Below are positions 37,972-51,894 of a stretch of DNA of 64,000 nt, piece after piece (within the stretch, counting starts at the first letter, position 1; every line of letters starts with the position of its first letter). The notes below the pieces were generated by a model that made no database searches, had not been told where the DNA came from, and saw only the letters and a list, made by a program, of their open reading frames with translations. Source of the DNA: Octopus sinensis. Taxonomy: Eukaryota. Location of the stretch: positions 51,348,464 to 51,412,463 of the forward strand of contig NC_043011.1 in the NCBI RefSeq assembly GCF_006345805.1. Direction: 5' to 3'. The translations under genes were made by a program, and so were the position numbers.

Positions 37972-38220
37972 CTGAATGAGATAGAATAAAGTGTTGAGGA
38001 TAATTGCGTTTGCACATAAGTAAAGGAAGATGTGTAAAATATAATCATGAATATTACTACTGCAGAGTGTGTGTGTGTGTTTTTGGAAACAAGAATGAAA
38101 GGTGAAGTCAATATATGTTATACATATTGTTTGGCAGGAAGTTGAAACTTCACTCTTGCTATTCAAAGTGACAACTTTGGAATAGTGACAGAGCACATTT
38201 TCCATACACCAGGCAGATGA

Positions 38221-38260
<40 letters not shown>

Positions 38261-38519
38261 ATTCATGAAGTCAACCCTTTTTCTGTTATAACTATTCCAA
38301 AGGTCTTTGCTCTATGGAACAATTCAGCATATGTGCTCAAGTCAATGTGAGAGCATCTATAGTCATTGAACCTCCTTGAAACAGCAGCCAAGTTTTTTCA
38401 AGTTTCACCCTAACTTCTTAAGAAAGTGACTACAAATTGGATGATGTAGTTCTAAATGTTTAAGAAGACAGGACATAATAATGGTTTCAAATTTTGCCAC
38501 AAGGGCAGCTATAATAATC

Positions 38520-38788
38520 CTTTCTACTATTGGAACAAGACCTGGATTTTGTGGGGAGGGGGACAGTCGATCTCATCAACACCAGTGCTCAACTGGTACT
38601 TGATTTATCGACCCCAAAAGGATGAAAGGTAAAGTCGACCTTGGTGGAATTTGAACTCAGAATATAGTGACGGGTGAAATACCACTAAGCATTTCATCCA
38701 GTGTGCTAATGATTCTGTCAGCTCACTGCTTTTAATAATAATAATAATAATAATAATAATCATAATAATAATAATAATAATAATAGTA

Positions 38789-38835
<47 letters not shown>

Positions 38836-39067
38836 ATTGATTTCAAATTTTTGGCACAAGGCTAACAGTTTTGGGGAGGAGGTAACCAATACTCAACTGG
38901 TATTTATTTTATTGACCCCAAAAGAATGAAAGACAAAGTTGACCTTGGCAGTATTTGAACTCACAATGTAAAGACAGATGAAATAGTTTAAAGCAGTTCG
39001 CCCAACATGCTAATGATTCTGCCAGCTCACCGCTTTGATGATGATAATAATAATAAAAATAATAATG

Positions 39068-39122
<55 letters not shown>

Positions 39123-39129
39123 TAATAGC

Positions 39130-39186
<57 letters not shown>

Positions 39187-39410
39187 CCTTTCTAATATAA
39201 ATACAAGGCCTAGATTTTGTGTGGAGGGGGACAGTTGATCACATCGACCCCAGTGCTCAACTGGTACTTGATTTATCAACCCTGAAAGGATGAAAGGTAA
39301 AGTTGACCTTGGTGGAATTTGAACTCAGAATGTGGTAGCAGACGAAATACAGCTAAGCATTTTGCCCAGTGTGCTAACAATTCAGTCAGCTTACCACCTT
39401 GTTATTGATG
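38520..39410 (-). mobile_element. Three consecutive SINE family B copies separated by (AAT)n
   Basis: Copies at ~38520-38730, 38830-39035 and 39190-39410, all minus strand. Confidence 0.85.
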
Positions 39411-40895
39411 ATGACAATGACTATTATTATTATAGTAATAATAAAAGATAAAACAACCACAAAATAATACTAGGAAGCATTTGGTAAGAGAGAACACTAT
39501 TTCACTGCTTTGAAAAACAGCCAATAACACTGATTAAAAAACTACAAATCAAATTGAAAAAATGATAATTGTGTAAGTAATACTTGTAAAATTTATTGAT
39601 CTTCATTTCATATAATTAATGTACTACAAATGTTCTCAATGATCGACGACCTGACACCACATCTAAACAAACTACCAGAGCACAGTTCATATCAATACCA
39701 CACTGATTCCATCCTAACCCTGACTGAAAGTGACTAACATTACAAATAAAAATTCTCTCATTCAACCTAAGGTTATAAGGGGAATACATGATTTGAATTT
39801 TGGTGTATAAAATATACAAAAAAAATAAAAATAAAAATAGGGTATGCAAAAGTCAGCACTATCAGAAAAAGAACAATACCTAATGAAAATAAAGAATTCC
39901 AGACATTATTCCTCAAGTGTTGCAAATAAAATAGAAAAGGTAAAAACGGGTAAGACAGGAATATGTTTTATTTCTATATGCATGTTTTATAGCCACACTC
40001 TACCCCAAAAATGAAACTACGATATTCACATGCAGTATTTAAAGAGAAAATAACCTCTGTCTAAACATAACATCGGAGTCCAACAGACTAACTTCAGAAG
40101 ATACATTCTTGATGTAAAATAAATAAATAAATAACTCTGAAACAGAATGCTTAAAACTAAACACTTAATGAAAATGCAAATAATGAATACAAAACAAACA
40201 GCGAAAATAAAAGCAGAGTGAACATAATCCACGAAAATAGACAATAACCCATACAGAAGGAAGTAAATAGTAAATAGCAAAACACATTAAACCCCTAGCG
40301 CACAAACATAATAGTGACCAACCAAAAGCAAAATAGAATAACACAAATATAAAATATAAATAGAAAGGAACATAAGGAAGATTAGTTAAAAATAGAAAAT
40401 AATAAAGATGAAAACCATGAACATGTCAATCTGAAGTTGGAAATAATTAAAGCATTAAATTCAATAGAAGATATTCTGTGGCTCAATGTGTGTACTTCCC
40501 AAGGATAAAACTCAATGATAAAACTGGAAAAACGATAAAAAAAAAAATGCAAGCCTGACCATCATAGATTTAAGGAAAACAAACCCAAACATCAACATCA
40601 CCAGTTTAAGCAAAATAATGTAAGTAGCAACTACCTTAAGTACAAAGGAAAGTGGCTAATTCTTCAGAAATATCAAAACTCAAGCAAACTACATATAAAG
40701 TGAATATAGAGAAAAACAAAAAAAGCAGAGAAAAGGTCTCTCAGTCCATATCAAAATCTATAATAAAAAGACAACTAAAAGAAGAAGATACAAGTATGAA
40801 AGAAATAAGTTAGAGCTGCCATTTGTCAGGAATGTCCATGTATCCACACCAAAAATGCACAGGTTTGGGCAAAGTTTTGTTTAAGACATAGGCAC

Positions 40896-41284
40896 AGGAG
40901 TGGCTGTGTGGTAAGTAGCTTGTTTACCAACCACATGGTTCTGGGTTCAGTCCCACTGCGTGGCACCTTGGGCAAGTGTCTTCTACTATAGCCTCGGGCC
41001 GACCAAAGCCTTGTGAGTGGATTTGGTAGACGGAAACTGAAAGAAGCCCGTCGTATATATGTATGTGTGTGTGTTGTGTGCGTCTGTGTTTGTCCCCCTA
41101 GCATTGCTTGACAACCGATGCTGGTGTGTTTATGTCCCCGTCACTTAGCGGTTCGGCAAAACAGACCGATAGAATAAGTACTGGGCTTACAAAGAATAAG
41201 TGCCGGGGTCAAGTTGCTCGATTAAAGGCGGTGCTCCAGCATGGCCGCAGTCAAATGACTGAAACAAGTAAAAGAGTAAAAGAG
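40896..41284 (+). mobile_element. SINE family A, full length, young
   Basis: Near-consensus head to gagtaaaagag tail. Confidence 0.92.
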
Positions 41285-41665
41285 AGAAAGAGAGAGAGAG
41301 AGTTGCCCATGCAACAAATATGGGTGTTGTCCAAAGGAAAGACATTGTTGTCAGAAGACAAAGAGCCAGAACAGATAACAATGGATAATCCATCTCCCAT
41401 CTGATGCTTTAACAGTTCTGCTAATCCACTGCACTGGATTAATAAATTTTTTATCAACCGTGGATGGATCCTGAGCACAGAGAGTTGGAACAAACATTAC
41501 AAGGGATTCTGTCTAATGTATTAACAAGTCTGCTAATTCCTGATATTATAATCAGTAAGTAATTGTAATTAAAATATGAATACACCACTGTTATAAGAGA
41601 AATATGGATATGTGTTACATGGTGTTATAATAGAAATATGAAACTGTGTGTATAATCTTATAGCC

Positions 41666-41845
41666 TATTTCTTTACGACCCACAAGGGGCTAAACACAGA
41701 AGGGACAAACAAGGACAGACTAATGGATTAAGTTGATTACATTGACCCCAGTGCGTAATTGGTACTTATTTAATCGACCCTGAAAGGATGAAAGGCAAAG
41801 TCGACCTCGGCGGAATTTGAAGTCAGAATGTAGTGGCAGACGAAA
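41666..41845 (-). mobile_element. SINE family B, 3' part
   Basis: Reverse complement of the Nin/Deu-like block and tail. Confidence 0.85.
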
Positions 41846-41949
41846 GAACTGTGTATACAGCGTTATATAGTGTAATAACAGAAATATGGAACTGTATATA
41901 TGTGTGAGAGTGTGTGTGTGTATGTGTGTGTATAATTTTCATCACCATC

Positions 41950-42260
41950 ATTGTCGTTTAACATCCGCCTTCCATGCTAGCATGGGTGGGACAGTTTCAC
42001 AAGAGCTGGCCAGACAGAAGCCTGCACCAGACTTCTGTAACTGTTTTGGCAGGATTTTTACAGCTGGATGTCCTTCCTAACACCAACCACTCAGCAGAGT
42101 GGACTTAATGCTTTTTGTGGTACAAGCACAGGCAACGTCAGTTTTGGCAGGCTTCAACAGCTGGATGCTCTTCTGAACACCATTTTACAGTGTGGACTGG
42201 GTACATTTAAGTGGCATCTGCACTGACAGGGTCACCAAGTACTTGCAAGACAAAAAAAAA
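41950..42260 (+). mobile_element. Short LINE-3'-end-type repeat (cgtttaacatccgccttccatgctagcatggg..ggatg(c)ccttcctaa)
   Basis: Related pieces at ~26170, 34745, 37310, 44950(-), 47840(-), 54715 and 61900. Confidence 0.65.
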
Positions 42261-42630
42261 AAAACTTTTAAGAGGGGAGGGGCATTGGCGGAAGTGATCT
42301 TGTGTCTTGCTGTAGAAGGTTATCCAGAGAGAGAGAGAGAGATCAGGAATGAAGACAAAAATAGATGTGCTACTGCAAAGGAAATACATGGTTACCCAAC
42401 CTGAGGGAAGTGCAGGAGGAAAGAGAGAGTGAGAGACAGTAGGATAGAGATGGTGGCAAAGTGCCAGGCATACTCACAAGAGACAAGTATCAGAATATAA
42501 AAGGGATGGTTGAGTAAAGGAAGAGAGAGATACAGATGGTGGCAAGTACCAGGGCATAACCCTTGAAGTTTGAAAAGCCATAATATACGTGGCAGAATGT
42601 TGTGAGGAAAGTGTGATTAAAGAGTGTGGA

Positions 42631-43018
42631 GTATGTATGTATGTATGTATGTATGTATTGTATGTATGTAGTATGTATGTATGTATGTGTATGTATGTAT
42701 GTATGTAGTATGTATGTATGTATGTAGTATGTATGTATGTATGTATGTATGTATGTATGTATGATGTATGTATGTATGTATGTATGTATGTAGTATGTAT
42801 GTATGTATGTAGTATGTATGTATGTATGTATGTATGTATGTATGTATGTAGTATGTATGTATGATGTATGTATGTATGTATGTATTGTATGTATGTATGT
42901 ATTATGTATGTATGTATGTATGTATGTATGTATGTTATGTATGTATGTATGTATGATGTATGTATTGTATGTATGTATGTATGTTGTATGTATGTATGTA
43001 TGTATGTATGTATGTATG

Positions 43019-43049
<31 letters not shown>

Positions 43050-43913
43050 TGTATGTATGTATGATGTATGTATGTATGTATGTATGTATGTTGTATGTAT
43101 GTATGTATGTATGTATGTATGTATGTATGTATGTATGTATGTATGTATGTATGTATGTATGTATGTATGTATGTATGTATGTATGTATGTATGTTGTATG
43201 TATGTATGTATGTATGTATGTATGTATGTATTGTATGTATGTATGTATGTATGTATGTATGTATGTATGTATGTATGTATGTATGTATGTATGTATGTAT
43301 GATGTATGTATGTATGGATGTATGTATGTATGTAGGTATGTATGTATGTATGTATTGTATGTATGTATGTATGTATGTATGTATGTATGTATGTATGTAT
43401 GTATGTATGTATGTATGTATGTATGTATTGTATGTATGTATGTATGTATGTTCGTATGTATGTATGTATGTATGTATGTATGTATGTATGTATGTATGTA
43501 GTTGTATGTATGTATGTATGTATGTAGTATGTATGTATGTATGTATGTATGTATGTATGTATGTATGTATGTATGTATGTATGTATGTATGTATGTATGT
43601 ATGTATGTATGTATGTATGTATGTATGTATGTATGTATGTATGTATGTATGGATGTATGTATGTATGTATGTATGTATGTATGTATGTATGTATGTATGT
43701 ATGTATGTATGAGTATGTATGTATGTATGTATGTATGTATGTATGTATGTATGTATGTATGTATGTAGTGTATGTATGTATGTATGTATGTATGTATGTC
43801 TGTATGTATGTATGTATGTATGTATGATGTATGTATGTATGTATGTATGTATGTATGTATGTATGTATGTATGTATGTATGTATGTATGTATGTATGTAT
43901 GTATGTATGTATG

Positions 43914-43944
<31 letters not shown>

Positions 43945-44330
43945 TGTATGTGTATGTATGTATGTATGTATGTATGTATGTATGTATTATGTATGTATGT
44001 ATGTATGTATGTATGTATGTAGTTGTATGTATGTATGTATGTATGTATGTCTGTATGTATGTATGTATGTATGTATAGTATGTATGTAGTATGTATGTAT
44101 GTATGTATGTATGTATGTATGTATGTATGTATGTATGTATGTATGTATGTATGTATGTATGTATGTATGTATGTATGTATGTATGTATGTATGTATGTAT
44201 GTATCTATGTATGTATGTATGTATGTATGATGTATGTATGATGTATGTATGTATGTATGTATGTATGTATGTATGTATGTATGTATGTATGTATGTATGT
44301 ATGTATGTATGTATGTATGTATGCATGTAT
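42631..44330. repeat. ~1.7-kb (GTAT)n microsatellite
   Basis: Direct reading; frequent single-base gaps; source of the MYVC/YIHT shadow ORFs. Confidence 0.98.
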
Positions 44331-44331
44331 G

Positions 44332-44584
44332 TGCAAGCCGTGTACAGTGGTGGTGTCTCTAAGGTGAGAGTCAGCCATGAATGCAGTGATGCATTTAGCA
44401 TACAGGAAGGGGTTCACCAGGGCTCAGTTCTCAGCCTACTCTTATTCATTATAGTTCTCCAGGCCATAACAGAGGAATTCAAAACTTGGTGCCCATGGGA
44501 ACTTATAGCAGAATCTTTAAAAGAATTGGAGAAGAAATTCCAGTTTGGAAACAAAACCTGGAATCAAAGGGCCTTCAAGTTAAA
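44332..44584 (+). mobile_element. RTE-type LINE reverse transcriptase fragment lacking the YADD segment
   Basis: ..SKVRVSHECSDAFSIQEGVHQGSVLSLLLFIIVLQAITEEFKTWCPWEL-IAESLKELEKKF; GVHQGSVLS motif present, the expected LYADD between PWEL and IAES is missing. Confidence 0.85.
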
Positions 44585-44659
44585 GTGTGTGTGTGTATGT
44601 GTGTGCGAGTGTGTGTGTGAGTGTGTGTGTGCGAGTGTGTGTGTGTGTAGATTTTGGTA

Positions 44660-44945
44660 TGGCTGTGTGGTAAGAAGCTGGTTTCCTAACTACATGGTTC
44701 TGGGTTCAGTCCCACTGCATAGCACCTTGAGCAAGTATCTTCTACTATAGCCTCAGGTTGACCAATGAGTGGATTTGGTAGATGGAAACTGAAAGAATCC
44801 TGATGTTGGTGTGTTTATATCCATGTAAATTAGTGGTCCAGCAAAAGAGTTTGATGGAATAAGGACTGGACTTACAAAGAATAAGTCCAAAGGTCAATTT
44901 ATTCAACTAAAAACCCTTTAAGGAGATGCTCCAGCATGGCCAAGA
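44660..44945 (+). mobile_element. SINE family A, internally deleted
   Basis: Head and partial body. Confidence 0.8.
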
Positions 44946-45750
44946 ACTCTGTATTCTTTTTGTTTTGCAAGGTACTTTGATGACACTCTCAGTACTAGTA
45001 CCATGTAAAAAGCACCAGTGCTGGTGCCGTACGAAAAGCACCCAGTACATTCAATAAAGTGGTTGGCATTAAAAAGAGCATCCAGTAGCAGAAACCATGC
45101 CAAAACAGTCAATGGAGCCTGGTACCGTTCTTGGCCTCGCTAGCTTCTGTCACACCATCCAGCCCATGTCAGCATAGAAAAATCAACATTGAATGATGTA
45201 CATCGTGCTATACAGTGCTATAATGGAAGTATGGATCTGTGTATGTAAAGTTATATAGTATTATATGGATCTGCATAAATAAGTGTTATAGCAGAAATAT
45301 GGATTTGTGTATCTAGTGGTATAGAATATCAAACTGTGTGTGTGTGTGTGTGTGTTATAGTAGAAAAGTGAAGCCATGTGTTGTTTTCAGTCAGAACAAA
45401 GAATAGTTCCATTTTTTTTTTTGTCCTTTTCTGTTTTTACATTTTATCCAGTCAGTAGCAACAAAAAACAAACAAATAAACAATTCATCTTTACTACATA
45501 AAATGCAATGCTCCTGCATGGCCACAACTGCCTGCTGGAACCAGTAACTATATATATATATATATATATATAATGGCAAAGGGAAATATCATTCCAACAA
45601 AACCATCATTTTAATTGTCCCATTAATAAAAAATAATACCACCACCACCACTGCCACCACCGCCACAACCACCACCACCACCACCACCACCACCACCCAC
45701 TACATTACATGCACCAGTGAAACAATAACAACAACAACATTTATGTAACC

Positions 45751-45805
<55 letters not shown>

Positions 45806-45999
45806 CCACGGTTTCTTATTTTTTTTTGTTTTTAAACGATGCTATAAAAATTTGGTGCACATTTTAATGTGCACCTTTGAGAGTAAAAATATTCATGTGT
45901 GCATGTAATGCACAGTGTCATTTTTATTGCTGCACAGTGTTGGTGGAGATAAAGCAAATATTTACAGAAAAACAATATAAAACTACTTTTTTTTTGCCT

Positions 46000-46056
46000 T
46001 CTGTTGTTGCTGTTGTTGTTGTTGTTATCACTGGGTTGTCATTGATATCACTGTGC

Positions 46057-46087
<31 letters not shown>

Positions 46088-46511
46088 GATGTTGTTACTG
46101 CTGCTACTGTTGTTGTGGTGCTGGCAATGTAGCTGTTATTGCTATTGCGGTCGCTGTTATTGTCGGTGGTACTTGATGGTGGAGATGGTAACGGTGGTAG
46201 CGACAATTTCTGTTGTTATAGTTGTTGGTGAGGATATTGATGCTATCATTGATGATGATGATGGTAGTGGTGGTGGTCGTGGTGATATTATTGTTGTTGT
46301 TGTTGTTGGTGATATTGATGTTGTTAATGATGGTGGTCATGGTGATACTGATGTAGCTGTTGATGTTGATGTTATTATTATTATTATCATTGGTGTTGGT
46401 AGTAATATTGTTGTTGTAGTGGTGGTGGTGGTCGTGGTGATATTGATGCTGTTGTTGGTGAAGGTGGTAGTGATACTGATATAGCTGTTGCTGGTATTGA
46501 TGTTGATGCTA

Positions 46512-46542
<31 letters not shown>

Positions 46543-46563
46543 TACTATTATTATTGTTATTAC

Positions 46564-46605
<42 letters not shown>

Positions 46606-46656
46606 TATTATTATTATTATTAATATTATTATTATTATTATTAATATTATATTATA

Positions 46657-46687
<31 letters not shown>

Positions 46688-46690
46688 TAC

Positions 46691-46765
<75 letters not shown>

Positions 46766-46813
46766 TACTATTATTATTGTTATTATTACTATTATTATTA
46801 TTGTTATTATTAC

Positions 46814-46853
<40 letters not shown>

Positions 46854-46860
46854 GGTGGTA
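46000..46860. repeat. Degenerate (GTT/GAT/GGT)n grading into ~350 bp (TTA)n
   Basis: Direct reading. Confidence 0.9.
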
Positions 46861-47640
46861 GTGATATTGTTGTTGTTGCTAGTGGTGGTGGTGGTGGTGT
46901 TGGTAGTGGTGACACTGATGTTGAAGCCGTTAGTTGTTATTGTTGTCAATGGCTTCTCTTTGTGTTTCAAGCCATTAATTTATTGTTGTGTTCAGGTTTA
47001 TGATTTTATTCCAATTCACTGTTGTTGCTTCTTTTTCACCTTTTTTCCTACATAAAAGTTATTGTTGTAGTTGTTGTCGTGGTTGTTACAGCTATCACAC
47101 ACACAGAGAGTTGCTTCCCACCCTCCCTCATCCCTTTTTTTGGTTCTTTTGTAGTTCATATCTTTGTTATTGATGTTGTTGTTGTGGTGGTGGTTATAAA
47201 CGACGCTTTTGTTGTTTTAGTAGTTGTTGTTTAGCTCTAATGGAGTAGACCTATAATAAGAGACCTCCCAGCCATGGCATTCCTGTGCTTGTGTATCCAT
47301 GACTACATCACCCAACGCATCCTTCAATTTATAAGACAGTAAGGGGTACAGTTTGAATGAGATTTGGCTGTTATTTCTAGTAGGTTGGGTGGCTACATAG
47401 AGGCTCCCTCTTAGATCTATTTGTTGTTGTTGTTGGTACTGTTATCATTATTTGTTGCAGTCATAGTTATTGCTTTTATCATTTAGATTTTTGTATAATT
47501 TGTATTTGTTCTTATCAGTTCTTTTGTTGTTGCCTAACCCAAGGTCTCCCCTCCTCTAGTAGAAAGATCTACGATCAAAGATATTCCAACACAGATTGTA
47601 TTTCAGGAACAATATTGTCCAATGTTCACTACTCCTAAGA

Positions 47641-47808
47641 GGCGCAGGTGTGGCTGTGTGGTAAGTAGCTTGCTTACCAACCACATGGTGCCAGGTTCAG
47701 TCCCACTGCGTGGCACTTTGGGTGCGTGTCTTCTACTATAGCCTCGGGCCGACCAAAGCCTTGTGAGTGGATTTGGTGGATGGAAACTTAAAGAAGCCCG
47801 TCGTATAA

Positions 47809-47840
<32 letters not shown>

Positions 47841-48134
47841 CCCATGCTAGCATGGAAAACGGACGCTAAACGATGATGATGATGACGATGATACATATAT
47901 ATATGTATGTGTGTGTATGTGTTTGTGTGTCTGTGTTTGTCCCCCACCATCGCTTGACAACCGATGATGGTATGTTTACGTCCCCGTATCTTAACGGTTC
48001 GGCAAAAGAGACCGATAGAATAAGTACTAGGCTTACAAAGAAGAAGTCCTGGGGTCGATTTGCTCGACTAAAAGGCAGTGCTCCAGCATGGCCACAGACT
48101 GAAACAAGTAAAAGAGTAAAGAGTAAAAAGAGAG
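47641..48134 (+). mobile_element. SINE family A, full length, with a small insert in its TA tract
   Basis: Head and tail intact; acccatgctagcatggaaaacggacgctaaacg inserted at ~47840. Confidence 0.9.
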
Positions 48135-48469
48135 TACCCACTTTTTTTTTATGGTGGCAAGGTTGCAAATTGAGGGAGATTTAGCTGCTATTTGTAGCAA
48201 GTTCAGTAACCATGTAGAGACTCTTCACTAAAATCTTGTCATGGGTGTTATATCTGACAATGTTATTATGCTACAGAGGTAAAGCAAAAGGGAAAGTGCC
48301 AGAATAGACGGTTTACAGCATTTAAGACGGTCTGCTGATTCTATGTATGGAATATCCCTGGGTATTAACTTTACCTTGCATTTCTATGGAGTTGATAAAT
48401 GTGGACCCTCTTGTCATAAATGACATGTGAGGGATCAGCAACTTCTTGCTGGACAAATGGTTTTTTTGT

Positions 48470-48668
48470 CTTTTATCTTTTAATTGTTTCAGTCATTAGA
48501 CTGCACCCATGCTGGGGCACCAACGAGAGGAAGTTTAGTTGAACTAATTGACCCTAGTACTAATTTTCCTTTTAAGCCTGGTACTTATTCTATCAGTCTT
48601 TTTTGCTGAACTACTAAGTTATGGGGACATAAATACACTAATACTGGTTGTCAAGAGGTGGTAGGGGA

Positions 48669-48705
<37 letters not shown>

Positions 48706-48833
48706 GACGGAATTCTTTCAGTTTCTATCTACCAGATCCACTTACAAGGCTTTGGTCAGCTCAAGGTTATAGTAAAAGAGACTTGCCAAGGTGCCATGCA
48801 GTGGGACTGAACCTAAAATCACAACCACACCTG
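48470..48833 (-). mobile_element. SINE family A, diverged, inverted relative to 47641-48134
   Basis: Reverse-complement tail, body and partial head. Confidence 0.8.
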
Positions 48834-49693
48834 ATTTGTTTATAGTGATCAAATATTTGTGCTGTACATTAGCATGCATCGAATGTTGAAGCGATCACAG
48901 AGCAATGTGAAATGAAGTGTGTTGATTTAGTACACAACACACCTTCTGGTCTGGAAATCAGTTGGCTGTGTATCTGCATATGATGTGCAGGCCTTGGGAA
49001 AGACCTTTTTTTTTAAAGAAAACTGGAAGTTGCTTACATACTGATGCAAGGACAGTACCTCCATCTATTTGTTGCTCTAAGGATTTGTGCTAACAAAAGA
49101 CAAAAAGTTTCAGGTTTTATTGTAAGAATTATTTGAGTGAAGCAAGTGCCACCTTCTAAATGTCTGATTCTGTTAAAATGACACCAAGCAAAAAGAATGG
49201 TGAGATGACCAGACACTAAAAACACCTTGGATTTCAAGTGAGAGTATTATTCTGTGTGTGTATTTGTATAAAGTAATTTTAAATATATTTATATAAATTT
49301 TTGATATACATACACTTGGCTTGTTCAAACTGTTTGAACAAGTCATCACTGAATAAACTTCAAAGTATATGTCAGCATTGCAAGTATGTGAGTATATTAT
49401 TTATATATATAAGCAAATTTTGGTGAGTTAAAATATATGTGACATATTTCAGAGTTGCCTCTCTTAGGTACATCCCATTGGCAAGAGTCAAAAAACTCGA
49501 AACATTGCTGTCTGGGATTCCTGATAGATGGCAACACTGAACAAACAAGATGTTTTCACATTTTTTACCAGAAGAAAGATATTTTCTTCATAGTAACTGC
49601 AGTGAATTTGCCTTTTGGCAGTTGAACTATGTCACAAACATATTTTAATAAACCTAAATTTTGCTTATGCTTAAACACTGCCTGGTGTGTGTG

Positions 49694-49945
49694 TGTGAAG
49701 GTGCGTGGCTTAGTGATTAGGGTGTCAGCATCATGATCGTAAGATTGTGGTTTCAATTCCTGGACCAGGCGACGTGTTGTGTTCTTGAGCAAAACACTTC
49801 ATTTCATGTTGTTCCAGTCCACTCAGCTGGCAAAAATGAGTAACGCTGCGATGGACTGGCATCCCGTCCAGCTGGGGAACACATAAGCTATAGAAACAGG
49901 GAAACCGGGCCCATGAGCCTGGCTAGGCTTTAAAAGGGAGCATTT
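49694..49945 (+). mobile_element. tRNA-derived SINE family C variant, full length
   Basis: A box tggcttagtga, B box gtttcaattcc; homologous to 21837-22062. Confidence 0.85.
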
Positions 49946-51519
49946 ATTTATTATATATATATATATGTGGACCCAATATAATCTGTCCCATAGTTGGGTG
50001 GTCAGTGATTAAAACATTCCCTCTCCATCCAGCTATCTAGGTATGATACTTGAGCATCCAGCTGGATAGAAAATAAAACTGGTCAAAAGGTGAAAGAGCT
50101 TCTCAAACAGAAGTCAACAGCCAATCATACCCTGCAGGAGAGACAGACGGCACCAAATTATCTGCCTATTGAAACACTACAAGATGGTGTGGTAACACTC
50201 ATATATAATATTGCATTGGCTGATTACTAGAAAGATGGAAGGGAAAGCCTGTGTCTCTTGAAGAGAAACTACAGATCTTGGTTGAATGGTTGTAATACAT
50301 ATAATGATAGAGTGTGATTTGAGAAAACTTTGTGGAGCTACCGCTAACATGTTGAACATCCATATTGAGGTCCCTACCACAGGCTCATCAGCACTGCAGT
50401 CTTTACTGCAATAGGTGCTGCTGTAGCAGTTATTGTTGTTATTATAGCTTGTGTTGTTGTTGTTCTGAATGTTCAAGCCATAGTTATTGCTGTTGTTGTT
50501 GCTAGAACTGCCGGTGGCATTGTTGCAGTTATATTTGCACTAGGTTGTGTTGCAACTCTATCTGCAGTGGCTTGTGTTGTTATTATTGTTGTCATTGCAG
50601 CTACATGTGCAGTGGATTGCATTATTATTGCAGTTATATATCTACAGTAAGTTATTGCTGTAGCTATTGTAGCAGCTATACCTGCAGTGGATAATGTTTT
50701 TGCTGTTGCTGTTGAAGTAATATCTGCAGTAAACTGTGTTGTTGTTGTTGTTGTTGTTGTAATGGTTATAGCTGCAGCAGCTTCTGTTGTTACTGTTGTT
50801 GCAGCCATATCTGCAGTAGCTTGTGTTGCCATTGTTGTTGTTGCAGCTATATTTTGCAGCAGCTCGTGTTGTTATTGTAGTAGCTGTAGTGAAGTGAATA
50901 TTGCCATAATGTAGCAGTAATGTAAGATGGCAGACTGAAGCTGTGCACTAAAGTGCACCAAATTGATGCATTGTCAATAAAATGCAAAGAACATTTGCTG
51001 GAATGGTCTTTGATTGATCTGAAAACTACAGGAACAATGGTAGTGTACTGTTGAGGTGGTGATGGTGGAAACTATGATGTATGTTTACAGATGTATGGGT
51101 ATGTGTGTGTGTATATATATATATATATATCATCATCATCATCATATAAATATATATATACACACACATATATATATATATACACACACACACACATATA
51201 TATACACACACACACATATATATATAGACAGAGATGAGTATATGTGTTTATGTGTGTATGTGTATATGTATGTGTGTTCATATGTATAAATTTAACTTTT
51301 GTATATGTGTCATTTTGAGTTTGTGTATGCATGAATACGTGTGTGTACACACACACACACACATACACACACATATACACACACACACATACACACACAT
51401 ATAAATAGATCATAGACCGAAAATGGAATTCATGAGATTCTGTATCCAAAACCACTACAATTGTTTTGACTCATTCTCACACCTGCAGCTCATAGGTGAG
51501 ATGTTGTGCCTGTCAATAA

Positions 51520-51745
51520 GGTGGTGAGCTGGCAGAAACGTTAGCACGCCGGGCGTAATGCTTAGCAGTATTTTGTCTGTCTTTATGTTGAGAGTTCAAA
51601 TTCTGCCGAGGTTGACTTTGCCTTTCATCCTTTTTTGGGGGGGGGAGGTTGATAAATTAAGTACCAGTTGCATACTGGGATCAATCTAATTGACTGGCCC
51701 ATTCCCCCAAAAATTTCGGGCCTTGTGCCTCGAGTAGAAAAGAAT
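51520..51745 (+). mobile_element. SINE family B
   Basis: Head ggtggtgagctggcagaaacgttagcacgccgggcg plus Nin/Deu-like block. Confidence 0.85.
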
Positions 51746-51894
51746 TGTCTTGCATCACAAATGTAGAATGTGCTTCTTCAAGTGACTTTTTAAACAAATT
51801 CCTCATTATAGCTTCTCGCCATTTCATTTTGTCTTATAATGCTGAGCTAGACTGATGTGGCCATTCTAGCACTTCTGATATATATATATATATA

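Noticed and set aside
39620-40810. A-rich stretch with a faint RPD-x motif suggesting a restriction-like endonuclease retroelement
   Set aside because: Many stops and only impressionistic similarity; cannot be supported without a search.
42803-44401. Long ORFs up to 488 aa (MYVC / YIHT repeats)
   Set aside because: Translations of (GTAT)n; not genes.
49317-49345. Short palindrome ttgttcaaac-t-gtttgaacaa
   Set aside because: 10-bp arms in AT-rich DNA with no supporting context.
50473-50890. Thr/Ala-rich minus-strand ORF as an exon
   Set aside because: Degenerate trinucleotide tract; the candidate acceptor does not give that frame in phase 1 and it ends in a stop without a donor.
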